A stretch of DNA of 62,678 bases, filler included, from Phoronis australis (taxonomy: Eukaryota > Animalia > Phoronida): assembly GCA_002633005.1 (NCBI GenBank). It is 6 parts of 6 records of this genome, joined end to end, with 100 filler letters (N's around TTAATTAATTAA, not from the genome) between each part and the next. Parts side by side here need not be neighbours in the genome. Positions count along the whole stretch, not along the records: positions 48,497 to 57,834 come from NMRA01000593.1; positions 57,935 to 62,678 come from NMRA01002501.1; 4 more parts are not named here. The stretch is one strand, 5' to 3'. The notes under the pieces are model-generated. The model was given only the letters and a program-made list of their open reading frames with translations, was not told the origin of the DNA and did no database searches. Positions 49,631-61,936 of this stretch are shown piece after piece (position 1 is the first letter of the stretch; each line of letters starts with the position of its first letter). The position numbers and the translations under genes were made by a program.

Positions 49631-51193
49631 CTGCAGAGAAAGTAAACTATAGTTCCTTGCATAGACTAGACGGCTGAGCTATTGTGGCTTGTGATTAGTT
49701 ATCAAATGAGACGCGCTCAGTGAAGACCGGAATGTGTCTACAGTGCATGTGACGTGACCTCAGTAACCAGGTGGCAGGCCGGGACCGTCTCGTCCACGAG
49801 TCATCTCACCAAGCACTGCCAAACAACATGTTATGGAAATCGATGAGATTTCGTCAGTCCACTCAAAAATAGAAGCAGAAGAAGTTAATTTGAAGTGGTA
49901 GCTTAATTGGCATTGTTTTTGATGCCTAGAAGATAATGTTACGCTTTTGTCTAAAAATTAGTTATGTTGTTACATAAGGAGATAATCTTGAAGTGACCGG
50001 ATATAAATAAGATGATACTTCCAAGTGTTGTCTTACACAGTAAACGACATGAACTTTGTAATGGTTAGAGAGTTGTGGATATACATATACCTAGCCATCT
50101 GTTGACTGTGGCCATTCTACTTAGCTTTGTGACCGGTGTCCCACAATCCCATTGCCGATATCCCATAAATCCCGAACCGTGAAAACGTTAATGAAAAGTT
50201 TAAATTCTACAAAATTTTAACTGTTGCATTACTAGTGATTTTGGCCTGTAAGTTTACTTTTATTTGCCTTACTTGGTACATTCGCTTCAGTTTGTTCTTG
50301 TACAACACGTAGCTATACGTTAAAAAATAGACTTATATGATACTCTCCCGGGTTGATATCCGCAGACGCAAGAATCTCGAGATGGAAGCTGTAGTGATCA
50401 CGGTGCTTCGCTTGTAACACGTACCATCTCGCGTATTCTGGCGTTTTCGCGAGATTTTCGCGTCTGCTTAACGTTGACACTCTCTAATTGTTTGTCGCAT
50501 GCGTGCCATAGTGGAGTATTTTAATCTATGGTGTGTGCAGATCTGCGTCATCAACGGATCGGGTCTGTCAAATATGGAAAGCCAAAGCGGAAAAAAATTC
50601 CAATGCACAACTTTTTCTATTCAAGAATTTAATTCTCTGCAGAACCAAAAAACTACGTGATAAATTTTATGTCCTGGCGTGAATAATTTTCGGTCCTGTC
50701 GTGTTAAATTTCGGTTCTCCGTGATAACAACGTCAACATCTGACACAATGACGGAATCGGCCGATGCGGAAATATTGAGTGGTTTGTAATAATTTTTCTG
50801 CTACGGGAGACTATAATTTAACTATGCATAAGCTGACTATTTATAACATGTTTTAATTATGTGGTAATATTCAAGAAATTTAAATTTATTGACGAAACAA
50901 TAATTAGAAATTGATTTTAGTTGTAACAAACAAAGACTACACACATTAGCCGTTATGTTGATTTAATCAACACAAATCTCTCATTTCTTATGGAATTGTT
51001 TGAAACTATGTTTGAATAAGTTGCGGAAAAACTGATACCGGTTCCAGCCTCGTAGGCTAATCGTATGTTGTATTTATATTTTCCTATCCTTTGTGCAAGA
51101 CAGTTTCGCACCGTTCGAAACAAACATTTGCCGTGAAAAGCTGTGTCAACACTGATCCCAAAAACCATATTTCGCGCATTCCGAACCACTTAC

Positions 51194-51400
51194 AGCCATG
51201 ACTCTTTCCTCCCGTTATCACTGCGAAGGTTTTCCATTTGAACAGCTTCATGATTCTTTGTATGCAATCGATTTTGAAGTCAAGCTTCAAGGTTGTGACA
51301 CTGATTTTTGTTGTGGAGTCGCATTTGGGCTTTGTTGACCTCACAGCTAGCCAGCTCAGGTGAGGTATGCCCCACAGACTAGATAAATGATACACCTCAC
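51194..51400 (-). CDS. ANF-receptor-like gene, coding exon 3
   Basis: cttttccacAG acceptor and T|GTAAGT donor, 207 nt, phase 1-1; EVYHLSSLWGIPHLSW...IMKLFKWKTFAVI (W.IP..S and F.W...A.I motifs). Confidence 0.88.
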
Positions 51401-51955
51401 CTGTGGAAAAGAAATACCCGTCACCGCTATGTTTTCTATTCAATGGCGAGGCCTGTGATGTTTCAATAATTCACGTGCATCAATTTCAAAATTCTCTATT
51501 TGTGAAAAATCAAAATTGGAGTGAAAATCTGAAGCCAAATTATTTTATGTCAAGACACGACAATTTTAAAATAATTCAAAAAAGAATGAACGAACGTGGT
51601 TCATAGGGGAATGTTTTTGGACACCAGGGTGCGTCACTTTTGAATCTGTCTTCCAACACCAGCGCTACTTATGAAATTGTCAAAACTGTTGATAACAAGC
51701 ATTTGTTTGGAAGCGATAATTTAAAGATCTTTAAAATTTTTAAAAAGTATGTTATTGCTTTGGACGGCGATGCATACGATCCTTTTCTGCTAGTTAAGTA
51801 ATGAAGAAGCAAGAAAATGTAGTACATTATAAAAAAAAATTAAATGAAAAGATTTGGTACAACTTAACAGTGACTCATGGGGAAAATGGCACTTTAAGAA
51901 ATGCTTAATCGATTTCAGTGAAGTCGATAATACAGTAGCAATTCAATACACTCAC

Positions 51956-52065
51956 TACTTTTGGTGGGAGGACCAAACAAGACGTCGATGTTATTATCCT
52001 GTTTCAAACTCACAGCCTCTCCCATTTCAGCCGCAATTGAATCATTACTGTCCTTTGAGTAATAC
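51956..52065 (-). CDS. ANF-receptor-like gene, coding exon 2 (absent from the ORF track)
   Basis: ttttttgaAG acceptor and A|GTGAGT donor, 110 nt, phase 2-1; YYSKDSNDSIAAEMGEAVSLKQDNNIDVLFGPPTKS; bridges exons 1 and 3 exactly. Confidence 0.88.
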
Positions 52066-52420
52066 CTTCAAAAAAACACAGGTAAATGTACGGTAAAAGC
52101 AACTTTAAAACTGCAGTCCGTCAAAAATCTAAACGAAAGTTTCTTTTTGGTTTACACCATGCAGTCATAAATTGTTCTCAACGTTTCAATACTCGTGCTT
52201 GTTTCTTCATCAAGAGTAATGACTAGCTGGAGTAACAGTGCCTTAAATGTAGCTGGGACTGGTGTGATTGGTCAAATAACTTGGCTGTGAATTGGCTGAA
52301 TAACGAAAACCTAGCTTCTCAATCAGGTCAGTTACCATTACAGTTTTATAATTGGGAATAGTCTAAATTACGAGTTACGGTTTCTTTGGTAGCCAAGGTA
52401 AATATCGAGCAGCTTTAATA

Positions 52421-52801
52421 GTGAGCGGATATGGCATCTGTGAGCAGATATGGCGTCTGTGAGCGAATATGGCATCTGTGAGCGGATAGAACATCTGTGA
52501 GTGGATATGGCATCTGTGAGTGGATATGGCATCTGTGAGTGGATATGGCATCTATGAGCGAATACGGCATCTGTGAGCGGATGTAACATCTGTGAGTGGA
52601 TATGGCATCTGTGAGTGGATATGGCATCTATGAGCGAATACGGCATCTGTGAGCGGATATAACACCTGTGAGTGGATATGGCATCTGTGAGCAGATATGG
52701 CCTCTATGAGCGAATACGGCGATCTGTGAGCGGATATAACATCTGTGAGTGGATATGGCATCTGTGAGTGGATATGGCATCTGTGAGCGCATATGGCATC
52801 T
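52421..52801. repeat. 19-bp minisatellite, 20 copies, intronic
   Basis: Consensus GTGAGTGGATATGGCATCT; one 20-bp variant unit. Confidence 0.95.
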
Positions 52802-54027
52802 GACAACACAACAAGGCGTCTTTAGAATCTGCTTCCTCTTGCCCTACCCTCTCTTTCTGAGACAGGGTGGTTGGTAAGTGGGAAGGTGGCCCTCTTGTAG
52901 AATTAACTGCCATTCATCATTCCAACCTCATACTGACTTTCATGTTAGAGTATTTGAGCAACATGCTTTTCATATTAAGGCCCCCTCTCAGATAGGGTCC
53001 TCCCTAAGGGGCTGTGGCCTGGGGTAATTGCCTCATTGCATCCTATAAATCCGGCACTGTCAATGATTCATGAGGGGAATTAAAAAGTTGGTCATGAGAA
53101 TCTCAGAATTTGCTCGCACGAAGCACAGAAGCATCAATCAAGATACGCTGGCCAAGCAATCAACAACGTGACTGTAATTTCATTCTTTTGAAACTCTCTG
53201 TTAGGAAATTATTATTTAAAGATTACATTTTCTAGCACGGGCCTCGTTGTGTCGATCAGACTGTCAGGAGTTTGAGTTTTAGATGACCGTGTACACCGCA
53301 CGTGTCCGAGTGACCATTGTATACCAAGATTTCGGCGACTTTTGGATATCAAGTTAAATTCGCCACTATAAAGCCTGACAAGGACCAAAATTTGCGATAA
53401 TACGATTAAATTCTGAAATTTTTTTAGGGAGCCACCCTCCTCCCCAAACGGAATACTTTGTCTAACGCCGTGCTTTGTCACTTTTGATTACCTGTCGAGT
53501 ACATTTATTTGCCCGCATCCTCTCAAGAATTGCTGAAAATTTTCATGCTGTAAACTATGAAATTCAAAACGCGCACAGCATGTGTCACCAGGTTTTATAT
53601 TTACTGCGTTGCCATGTATCTGTGTTGCCATGTAACTGTGTTGCCATGTAAGTAATGGTACAACAAGTCAAGGTTATTCTCTTACGGCAACGGTTCTATG
53701 GGTTCTTTTGGATTAACATGTTATCTTCAACAATTGACTGCTTCATAATCAATTTTTATTTCTTACATGCTCATCAAGTTGTGTTGAGAAATCGTTGATG
53801 TTTCTCTAAACTTTGATACAGGCTGAAATTCGAAAAAATCTCGCCCATCTTGTTCCAAACAGCAAAGTGCAGTTATCTGCGCCAAATCGTTTATCCAAAA
53901 TGACAAACTAGCGTTTCAACAACTGAGCTGCATAGCAAGACACCACTGCATCATGATTTAAATATTACCACGATAGTACGAAGCACGTGAGCAAAAACAT
54001 ATACGCGTTATTGTCTACTTTACTCAC

Positions 54028-54242
54028 CTGAATGTGAAAGATTGGTCTAAAATTCCATCCTTTTTTGCGTCATTAAATGCCATCGAAATGGCTCCTGCAC
54101 AAGTGTGAAAGCTTGTCGTTGTCCTATTAACAGGGCTTGCAAGCCCTCTATATGGCATGATGACGCCAACATTAATGTCAATTGCTGTCGCGATGGAACC
54201 CGAAATAAGGACCATCAAAGCAAAACTGCGAAATCCATCCAT
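54028..54242 (-). CDS. ANF-receptor ligand-binding-domain protein (receptor guanylyl cyclase-like), coding exon 1
   Basis: Signal-peptide-like MDGFRSFALMVLISGSIATA then INVGVIMP...AGAISMAFNDAK; donor CAG|GTGAGT, phase 2. An acceptor 5 nt before the ATG and a GTAAGT donor near 54439 suggest a 5' UTR exon. The cyclase domain is not in view. Confidence 0.88.
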
Positions 54243-55032
54243 TGCTTCTTAAAATATACGAAAAAATAAATTAGTTTCCTAAGTAAGTTAGTGTAGCGAC
54301 GATCACGTTTGGGGCTTCTGCAACAAAATAATAATAAAATTCTTGATGTATCGGGTGTTAATAAATGATAACAAAACAATCGCACGCTTTACAGAGGTAA
54401 TACGGTACATAGGAAGACTGAATCTGTCCCACCACTTACCGCTGATCTCGTTATCTAAACTTATTACCATCTCGTGATATCTATATGACTTGCGTCAAAT
54501 TTTCTAGTGCCTTCCAGAGACGCTGTCGCATTTGCACGCGCATTTTTGAGATTCATGAATATCAATGACGTCATTGCAGTATTATGGCGGCCCATCGACT
54601 ATTGCCCTGTGTGCCAATCCTTCCTGTTGTGCTGAATTTCGAAGCATCATTAAACCTGTGCTTTCGGAAAAAAATGCGTTTTTTATTGAAGCCACTTACC
54701 ACTACAGCATTAGTCCTGTCTCGTTCTTTACTCAGTTTAGGGGTAATTCTTGGCTGTGGAAGAACTGACTGTTTTTTCTTCACACCAAATAGTCATTCTG
54801 GCCGGGTCCTATAGTTACCAACCAGCTGTTGCTGTTATTGCAACATTTATGATTATCTCGAGCCTTTTTTACTTTCCGTTCTTTTTCTGTACTCAAACAT
54901 ATCGGTTATGGTATAAACTGTACCATGGTATCAGCCAAGTGTTTTACTTTGCCAGAGCAAAGACACCTACTTACCACTCGTTCACCTGGCAGCGGCAATT
55001 TTTGCCGGAAGCCTATCGAGGACCTCAATCAT

Positions 55033-55160
55033 TGCATGACTGACGGTACGTTTCATAAAAATCCAAAAAGCTTTGGCCAAATGTTCGTTTGTCAGTTACA
55101 ATTATGAGGAGAGTAGGGCATTAATGTTTCGTTCTGCGTTTAGATTTTTTTTAATGACCA
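55033..55160 (+). pseudogene. Possible MULE (Mutator) transposase fragment
   Basis: CMTDGTFHKNPKSFGQMFV resembles the DGTF...P..F.Q motif around the first catalytic Asp; short and followed by a stop. Confidence 0.4.
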
Positions 55161-55621
55161 CGCTCATGAACATCACAATAACGATAAAATCGCTTTTTTG
55201 CGAAGACGTACTTAATACATGTACACGTACTTTTATGGCAACATTAATATTGAGCTCATCCCCCCTCAAGTTGCCCCTAAATTGTAATCCTGTCATTCAT
55301 TGATTTAAAAATTGTTTAGGTAAAAATTGCTCAATAACCTCGAGCTCAGCTATTTCATTTCACAAGTGAATCTGACCCTATACACTTTGTAAGGAATGCT
55401 AGTGAGGGCAGCACCTGTCTGAATTGTTGCCGTTGTAATGTCCTTGAACTTGTTTGTCGACCATCTTCCCACGTGAAGCAGTATCTCTTCTATTTTTACT
55501 GTACGCATTTAACACATGAAAAATGTATACCCGGAATATATGTAACTTTTCGTCCAACCGTTTCTTTCCGTATTTAACTTTTTCTCTCTTTGCCCAACTA
55601 AATCGGCAATTATGAGGTGTG

Positions 55622-55622
<1 letters not shown>

Positions 55623-55705
<83 letters not shown>
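55623..55705. repeat. (CA)n microsatellite
   Basis: Directly visible. Confidence 0.97.
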
Positions 55706-55707
<2 letters not shown>

Positions 55708-56022
55708 AACAGACACCCTCAGAAGTGACGCCCTTAATTGCATATAGTAGGCCTTAGTGCGGGAGTTGGACGCTGTCATGCCCCCCGGCCCGGCCGTCAT
55801 TTTTTGAATAATATGACAAGGTAGACATTCAGCATTTTTACTGAGTTTTAGAGAAAACTCTATTTTCTTCTCATCGATGGCTAATCCAACTACTAGCAGT
55901 CACGTTGCCGGGTTATCCATAGTTCATTTTAAAATGCTTTATCTACTGTACATCAAGATACAAAGACCTATATGTTGGTGTAAATTTGTTGAAATTGAAA
56001 AAACAATCGGTATTAAACGGTA

Positions 56023-56181
56023 TAGAGGCGGATCCAGATGGATAACAGGGGTACGGGATCCTTTTTCCTTTATTTTAGTGATATTAAATCCAGAATTTTC
56101 ACATGCGTTTGTTTATTTGGACCCCTTTTTAAAAAAATCTTTGATCCCTACTTTCTTTTAAAAATCCTGGATCCGTCCCTA
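56023..56181. mobile_element. Short GGCGGATCCAG-type MITE
   Basis: TIRs TAGAGGCGGATCCAG ... CTGGATCCGTCCCTA. Confidence 0.6.
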
Positions 56182-56934
56182 TGATGTGTACGTCATTGTC
56201 AGTTGAATTTACCAAAATCTCAAACATACACAGCGTTTGCTTCATTTTAGTTCCCGGAGTTGAGTGTCAGTAGCGCCTAGAATCTGTTTTAATAGTCCTC
56301 AGTTCACGTAGGCGCCGAAGATGAGAAGACCAGGGAATCAGAGAGCTTTGTGGTTCTGCCGCTAGACGTCAGTTTGCTAACGATTGTTTGTCGTTGGATG
56401 CCGCCATATTAGATTTTTGTTTGAGGAGTACTTGACCGGCAAATAAAATCAAGAAATATCACCATGAGTAAAGCACATCCACCCGAGTTAAAGAAGTAAG
56501 TTGTTTCATAATGGGCTTAAGTTGGCATTAGGTCAAACATTTTATTGATTAAATATCTGAGTCATTATTAAACTCACACCACTTCCTTTGTTTACATACC
56601 GTACTGCAGCTCACGGGCTGATTGTTTTTCACTTAAAAACGGCAGCAAAGGTGAGTGCCGGTTGACTCCCATATTTTGCATGCATCCCCGCCGATGTTTA
56701 GCGATATATGCTGGTATAAGTTTCACGACGAAATGACGTACCGCACTACCCGGGCTGTGTGAAATCCCGGGGTCTAACGAGGCTTAACATACAGTGAGTG
56801 CCAAGCTGTATTTTATTTTTGACAGTTTCTCACCGCTAGCTGGGTGGCTAAGCTGCCTGGGTGTGAAACGTCAAAAAACGGGCACAACTAGTGAATGAGG
56901 GCCCAGGTCGGAGGCACTGTTCGATATAGCGGTC

Positions 56935-57040
56935 CCTAATTTGGAGAACCAGGTCCCTGATTTAGAAGACCAGGCAATCACTGAATAACGGGCCCGTTAT
57001 TTAGTGGACGAAACTGGTTCTGTAAATCACTCAGGGACCC
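56935..57040. repeat. Palindromic element centred on GGGCCC
   Basis: 28-bp core 56979-57006 with one mismatch, plus weaker extended arms. Confidence 0.65.
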
Positions 57041-57834
57041 CTATATCTGACCCGTGATTTAGAAAACCTGGCAAGCGCTAAATATCATGTTTATTGGATT
57101 AAACATGGTTCTCTGGATCTGGGACTACTGCATCCGATCAGTGCCGTGAACGGTGTAGTGGAAATTTGGAAACTAAAGAGAAGCTCACTTTTTCAGTTTG
57201 CTTCAACTATGTTTGTAGCCACTTCTTGTAATGAAACTTAAATCAAGTTCAGCACGTCCAACGCTGCGTACGTTTTTGTAACTCCGACATTCAAAGTGAC
57301 TCCTAGGCAATGACCATCACCTCTGTTGGCCTGAAGCAGAGGCGATGCAGAGGCTATAGGCCCTCTGTACGCCGGAACCTTTTCGGCGAATTATGCCTCG
57401 CACCGACTAAACCATCAAAGTCACGTTGCAGGGCTCAACATTAACTTTTTAAGCCACTTGCCCCTCGGGCAAGTAGTTGAAATTTTTACCTGCCCGAACA
57501 ACAAATTCACTTGCCCCAAGTACAATCCCAAATAGCACCGTGCATGTGCACACGTAGGTAATGTGTTACCGTAGGGCTGCCTGTGCTGAGCCTCCTCTTG
57601 TGTTGTGCACGCTATATACATGAGTTGCTATTTTTTTAACGATTCTTCTTATAGAACATTTATCTATAAGGTGTGTCAAAACACAAGAGAGACAAATTAG
57701 AAGAGTAACTATGGTATCTGAACCATTGTCACACGTTCACAGGCGCCGAAATGAGCTAGGGCATGAACTCTGGACACTTCTGTGTATTCATTAGTTTATA
57801 CGCCTTCCTGCATTCAACTTGAGTAGTTGCTAAC

Positions 57835-57934
57835 NNNNNNNNNNNNNNNNNNNNNNNNNNNNNNNNNNNNNNNNNNNNTTAATTAATTAANNNNNNNNNN
57901 NNNNNNNNNNNNNNNNNNNNNNNNNNNNNNNNNN
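57835..57934. other. Artificial assembly linker
   Basis: 44 N + TTAATTAATTAA + 44 N. Confidence 0.97.
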
Positions 57935-58524
57935 TGTCGCGTCAGCTGTTGGTATCATTATCTCGATTTATGACCCACAACGCGTGACTGGACAAAGCCT
58001 TTTCAAATTAGACGGTGGAGCGTGAGACCCCTGAGGTCCCAATCGAGTCCTCACGACAACTTCGCGTTATGACTCTCGCTATGTCTTTCGAGATCTTACT
58101 GTTTTTGCAAGAGGCTTGTTCTAGGGAACACTACCCGGATTTTTGTCTTGCTTTCTGGTCTTGACCCAATGAAACAACGCAATGTCTAGTGAGGAATAAC
58201 AAGTGCAACCGAATACACCTGCTTCTCAGTGCTGGTGTCATGTCCTCGAATGTGTCATACCGGACTTATCCCATCTTTAAAATTGTTCATAAAATTTCGG
58301 TTGGCATCAAAGGCGCATACCGTCGTTTTCTACCGTTCACTCACAAAATCGTGACGTCCGTAAATTCAACGAGCCGGAAGAAATCGCGTTACCTTGTATT
58401 ACAGCACAAAACATGACCAAAATAACCTTAGAGGATATAAAAAATGTAAAGAAACAGCCTGGCTATGTTTGGACTTAAGAAAGTAGCCAGGCCACTACAA
58501 GAGCTACAAAACTATAATACCAAA

Positions 58525-59927
58525 CAGTGGCGGATCTACGGGGGGGTTCANGCTTCGTCAAGGTTTGAAGTAGTCCATGATGAACGGATCAAATTTAGTT
58601 GCGCATGTAAGTCTTTCGAATGGACTTTGCAACCTCAAGGGTCTCAGTGTCAACTGAGCTGCAAAACGAGATGCTGACATTGTAGAGGCTTACAAGTTCA
58701 TTGACACAGCAGTTGACGAAGTGCAAGCGTTGGGAACAAACATCAAAGATATGTGGGTAGAATGGTTCGAGACGAGCAAATCATTGGATCCGATATACAA
58801 ATTCCTCGGCAGTCTAGACAACGTAAGGATATGACTAACGTATGAGTAACCACTGGGGATTAAAATTTTAGAGAGAAGTTTTCAATTCAAATTTTTTTTT
58901 GCATAGTACACTTTAGGTCTCGCGACAGACCAGGCCAGCTTGATTTGTGTAGATGTTGAGTTTCAGTGTACTTCTGGTCCCTCGGCGAACTAGTCTTGTG
59001 ATTTTTTTTACCAAAGTGTGCTTTGTAAAACTATTTATCTCAGCCAGTACGGTTTGGTCACGCGACGGATCGACTATTTTTATAGGGATAATAAGCACAG
59101 GTGTACTCTTGGTCTCGTGACGGACCAGGTCAGCTTTTTGTGTACTCTCAGTGTACATCTGGTCCCTCTGCAAACTAGTCCAGTGTATCTTTTCACCACT
59201 GTGCACAGGATAGTTTGGTTTCATGAAACTGTTTTCAGATGATTTGTTTCCTGATAGATTTGACGTTTTTCAATTGTTGTCAACGCGATTCAGCTTAATA
59301 AAGTGATACCTAATTATTTATTGTCGCTTTTGATAATAGACTACGAGTTGAGAGCACCATCGTTCGCCAGTTTTTCTCGTAACGAGACAGAACACATGTT
59401 TACTTCCGTAGTAACAGTACAGGTATTCGTTCTTAAACAACTTGAGGCTGCTGATACGCGATCATCTGATATTCAAGTTTTTACGCCCCGTCGGTGCTCC
59501 TTAATTATGCTCTTGAATATTGGAAATTGTCTTAACCCCTGTATAAACACCACACTTTTTCGTATACGACTTTTCGTATGCTAAAAAGGTGTGTGTAAGC
59601 AGATGTTCCAACAAAAGTTTTTGCTGGTGGCGTGACTCATACCCAGATGTGCACAATATGGTTTCACGAAACTTATGTGCCAAGTTCATGTGACGAAATC
59701 GAGAAGGGTTTTTAATTATCTTAAGAAAAACTCCAGAGACATGTTAAGTGCCAGAAACGTACCAGGATGCATGGAAGTTTCACTTTTTGGCTACAAAAAC
59801 AAAAAAATATCTTACACAGGAGGGGAAACGCCCCTCCCGACCTTCCCCCGCTCGGCGCCACGCGCCTAGGATTCGACCTTGGCGGGAATCCTAAACCCCC
59901 CTTGCTGAAAACGTAGATCCGCCACTG
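58525..59927 (+). mobile_element. Internally deleted hAT-like DNA transposon
   Basis: Perfect 16-bp TIRs CAGTGGCGGATCTACG / CGTAGATCCGCCACTG; internal DADIVEAYKFIDTAVDEVQALGTNIKDMWVEWFE (~58670-58771) resembles hAT (P52rIPK/ZMYM-like) transposase. Confidence 0.7.
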
Positions 59928-61936
59928 CAAACGCAAATGAGGTGATCAGAGGAAAAACATTGGAAAGACGGGTGTCTTATAAGCAGTACATAATGACGTG
60001 GTTGTGAATTCAATTTCAAAAAAATTCTTTTATCCAGTCCTGCAATGAAAAATAAAACCAAGCTCAAACGAAAGCACGTTAAAACCTATTGAATTTTTCA
60101 TAATACGGGGAATTTCCTAAAATAGATCCATCCAAAAGTACACCCTTAAGCGTATTTTCGGAAAATTTTCTAAACGTACGCCCACGGGTATAATTTCGAA
60201 GACTGTTAGCATGTATTGAAATTGAAAATCTGATAGATTTTTCTAAAATAGGTATGGAATGTTTCGATTGTAAAATTTTGCTTAGTTTAGGAACACAAAA
60301 TACTTTTTTAGGATCGTGATATCACTCAAATGCCTGTCATTTGACGAAGCATTGGGTGACTTGTTTGGAAGTTAATCGTATTAACACAGTATGATGGACA
60401 CTTTTAACGCACTGCGTATGCTGAATGGTCAATAAGTACCGTCGGAGGTTCTTAAGTCGTGACTGCCCTAAAGTCGTGAACGATCTTGTTTCAGCTTCTG
60501 CGCGGTCCTGCGACATCTAACGTTGAAGTTCCCAGCGTTCGTGTGCTTACGAACGTCAAACGAATACCCGATGTGTTGATATTCACAATACGAAAATAAA
60601 CAGTGAGTGAGTGGCTTCTTTTTACAAATGTACCTTAAAACAGCATATTTCACTAATCTACTTTTTGTGCATTTTCAGAATATATTTTCGAAACTAAACA
60701 TCGTTCAGAGTTGCTGTAACATGCACTCCAGGGGAGGCTTGAACAATGTATCAAAATGTCCCAGGGTCGATCAAATTTTGTAAGGCCGAAGCAATAAAAT
60801 GCAGAGAAATAATTGATGATGGGTTTCATAGCGTTTTACATAAACAACCTCAACGAAAACGTCTGTGCACATCGGAGTTGGGTACAAAACATATAACAAT
60901 TTATTTCAATTGAAACTGAATTAATAAACAATGCAATGCGTTTTCATGTCGTCTAGAGTAACTGTAAGCAGTTGATTTGTGTGGTCTTATTTCGTGCATT
61001 TCCTTCTAAACGAAACGGTCACGACCATAGACATCTTAATGTCTATGGTCACGACTTTAATGGCCGGCGATATCAGCGACCGTTTCAAAACTCTGCTTAT
61101 GGAGACAAACAATTGTAAGATTGGCAAAACACGTAGCCTTGTAAAGGCTGATATATATCTATGGCATCACATGAGCAGTTGCTAACGGACATTGGGTAGT
61201 ATGACAATCAGCTGCTTTTTATGTTTATATTCACGACTTTAGGTCAACGGTGTTTGTGGAAGGATAAAAATTTTACTAATGAGACACAACTACATACGCC
61301 ATAAAAAGACGAGTTTACTTCAAACAGTTTCTGAAAATACGCCGCCCTTTCCGAAAGCACGCCCGTGCGTATGTTCGGTTTCAATTCACGTTTTTGAAAG
61401 GTCGTTTTCCAAATATCTGCCAATGGACCAATTTTCGAAAATTCCGTGAAAGCGGAACACGATTTCGCCCACCACTACACATTTAATTAGAATAAACAAA
61501 CAGATTGACTTTGTTCCCCAATCAAATTCCTCCATCTCAGCCAACGAGACACTCATCGGATTTCGGTAGCCAAAACACGTGCAAACAGCTCGTGATTGTA
61601 GGCCGACGTAATTTACATTAGGATCCTGACCTACAATGTCCGCACCACGCCAGGGTTGCTGTCAAAAACAAAATAACTAAAACGGACTACACGAATCGGT
61701 CCATTTGGGGGCGAATAGTTCATCCACAATCTTAAGCTCCGCCGGACATTGGAACTACTCCAAAATTTAGGCTAAACTGTGTTCCACCCTTTACAGTCCT
61801 GCATTTATAAATACAGCCACGATAGCCTATATGTAGAACGGAAAACTAAGAGAAGTACGTAAGCACGAATTGGCAGGTCTAATAGTGCCAAATGTACGCT
61901 GTGAGAAGACTATTCAAATCTCTGTTGAATACTTAC

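Noticed and set aside
52421-52801. CRISPR-like regular array and the overlapping repetitive ORFs (MPYPLTDAISTHRCHIHSQ)
   Set aside because: Units are contiguous with no unique spacers or cas genes; the ORFs are by-products of a 19-bp repeat within an intron.
53212-53481. Candidate second exon of the receptor gene
   Set aside because: No ANF-domain motifs; exon 51956-52065 fits both phase and motif.
55399-55800. ORFs with poly-(CV) tracts; likewise 22233-22493 and 10374-10592
   Set aside because: Translations of microsatellites.
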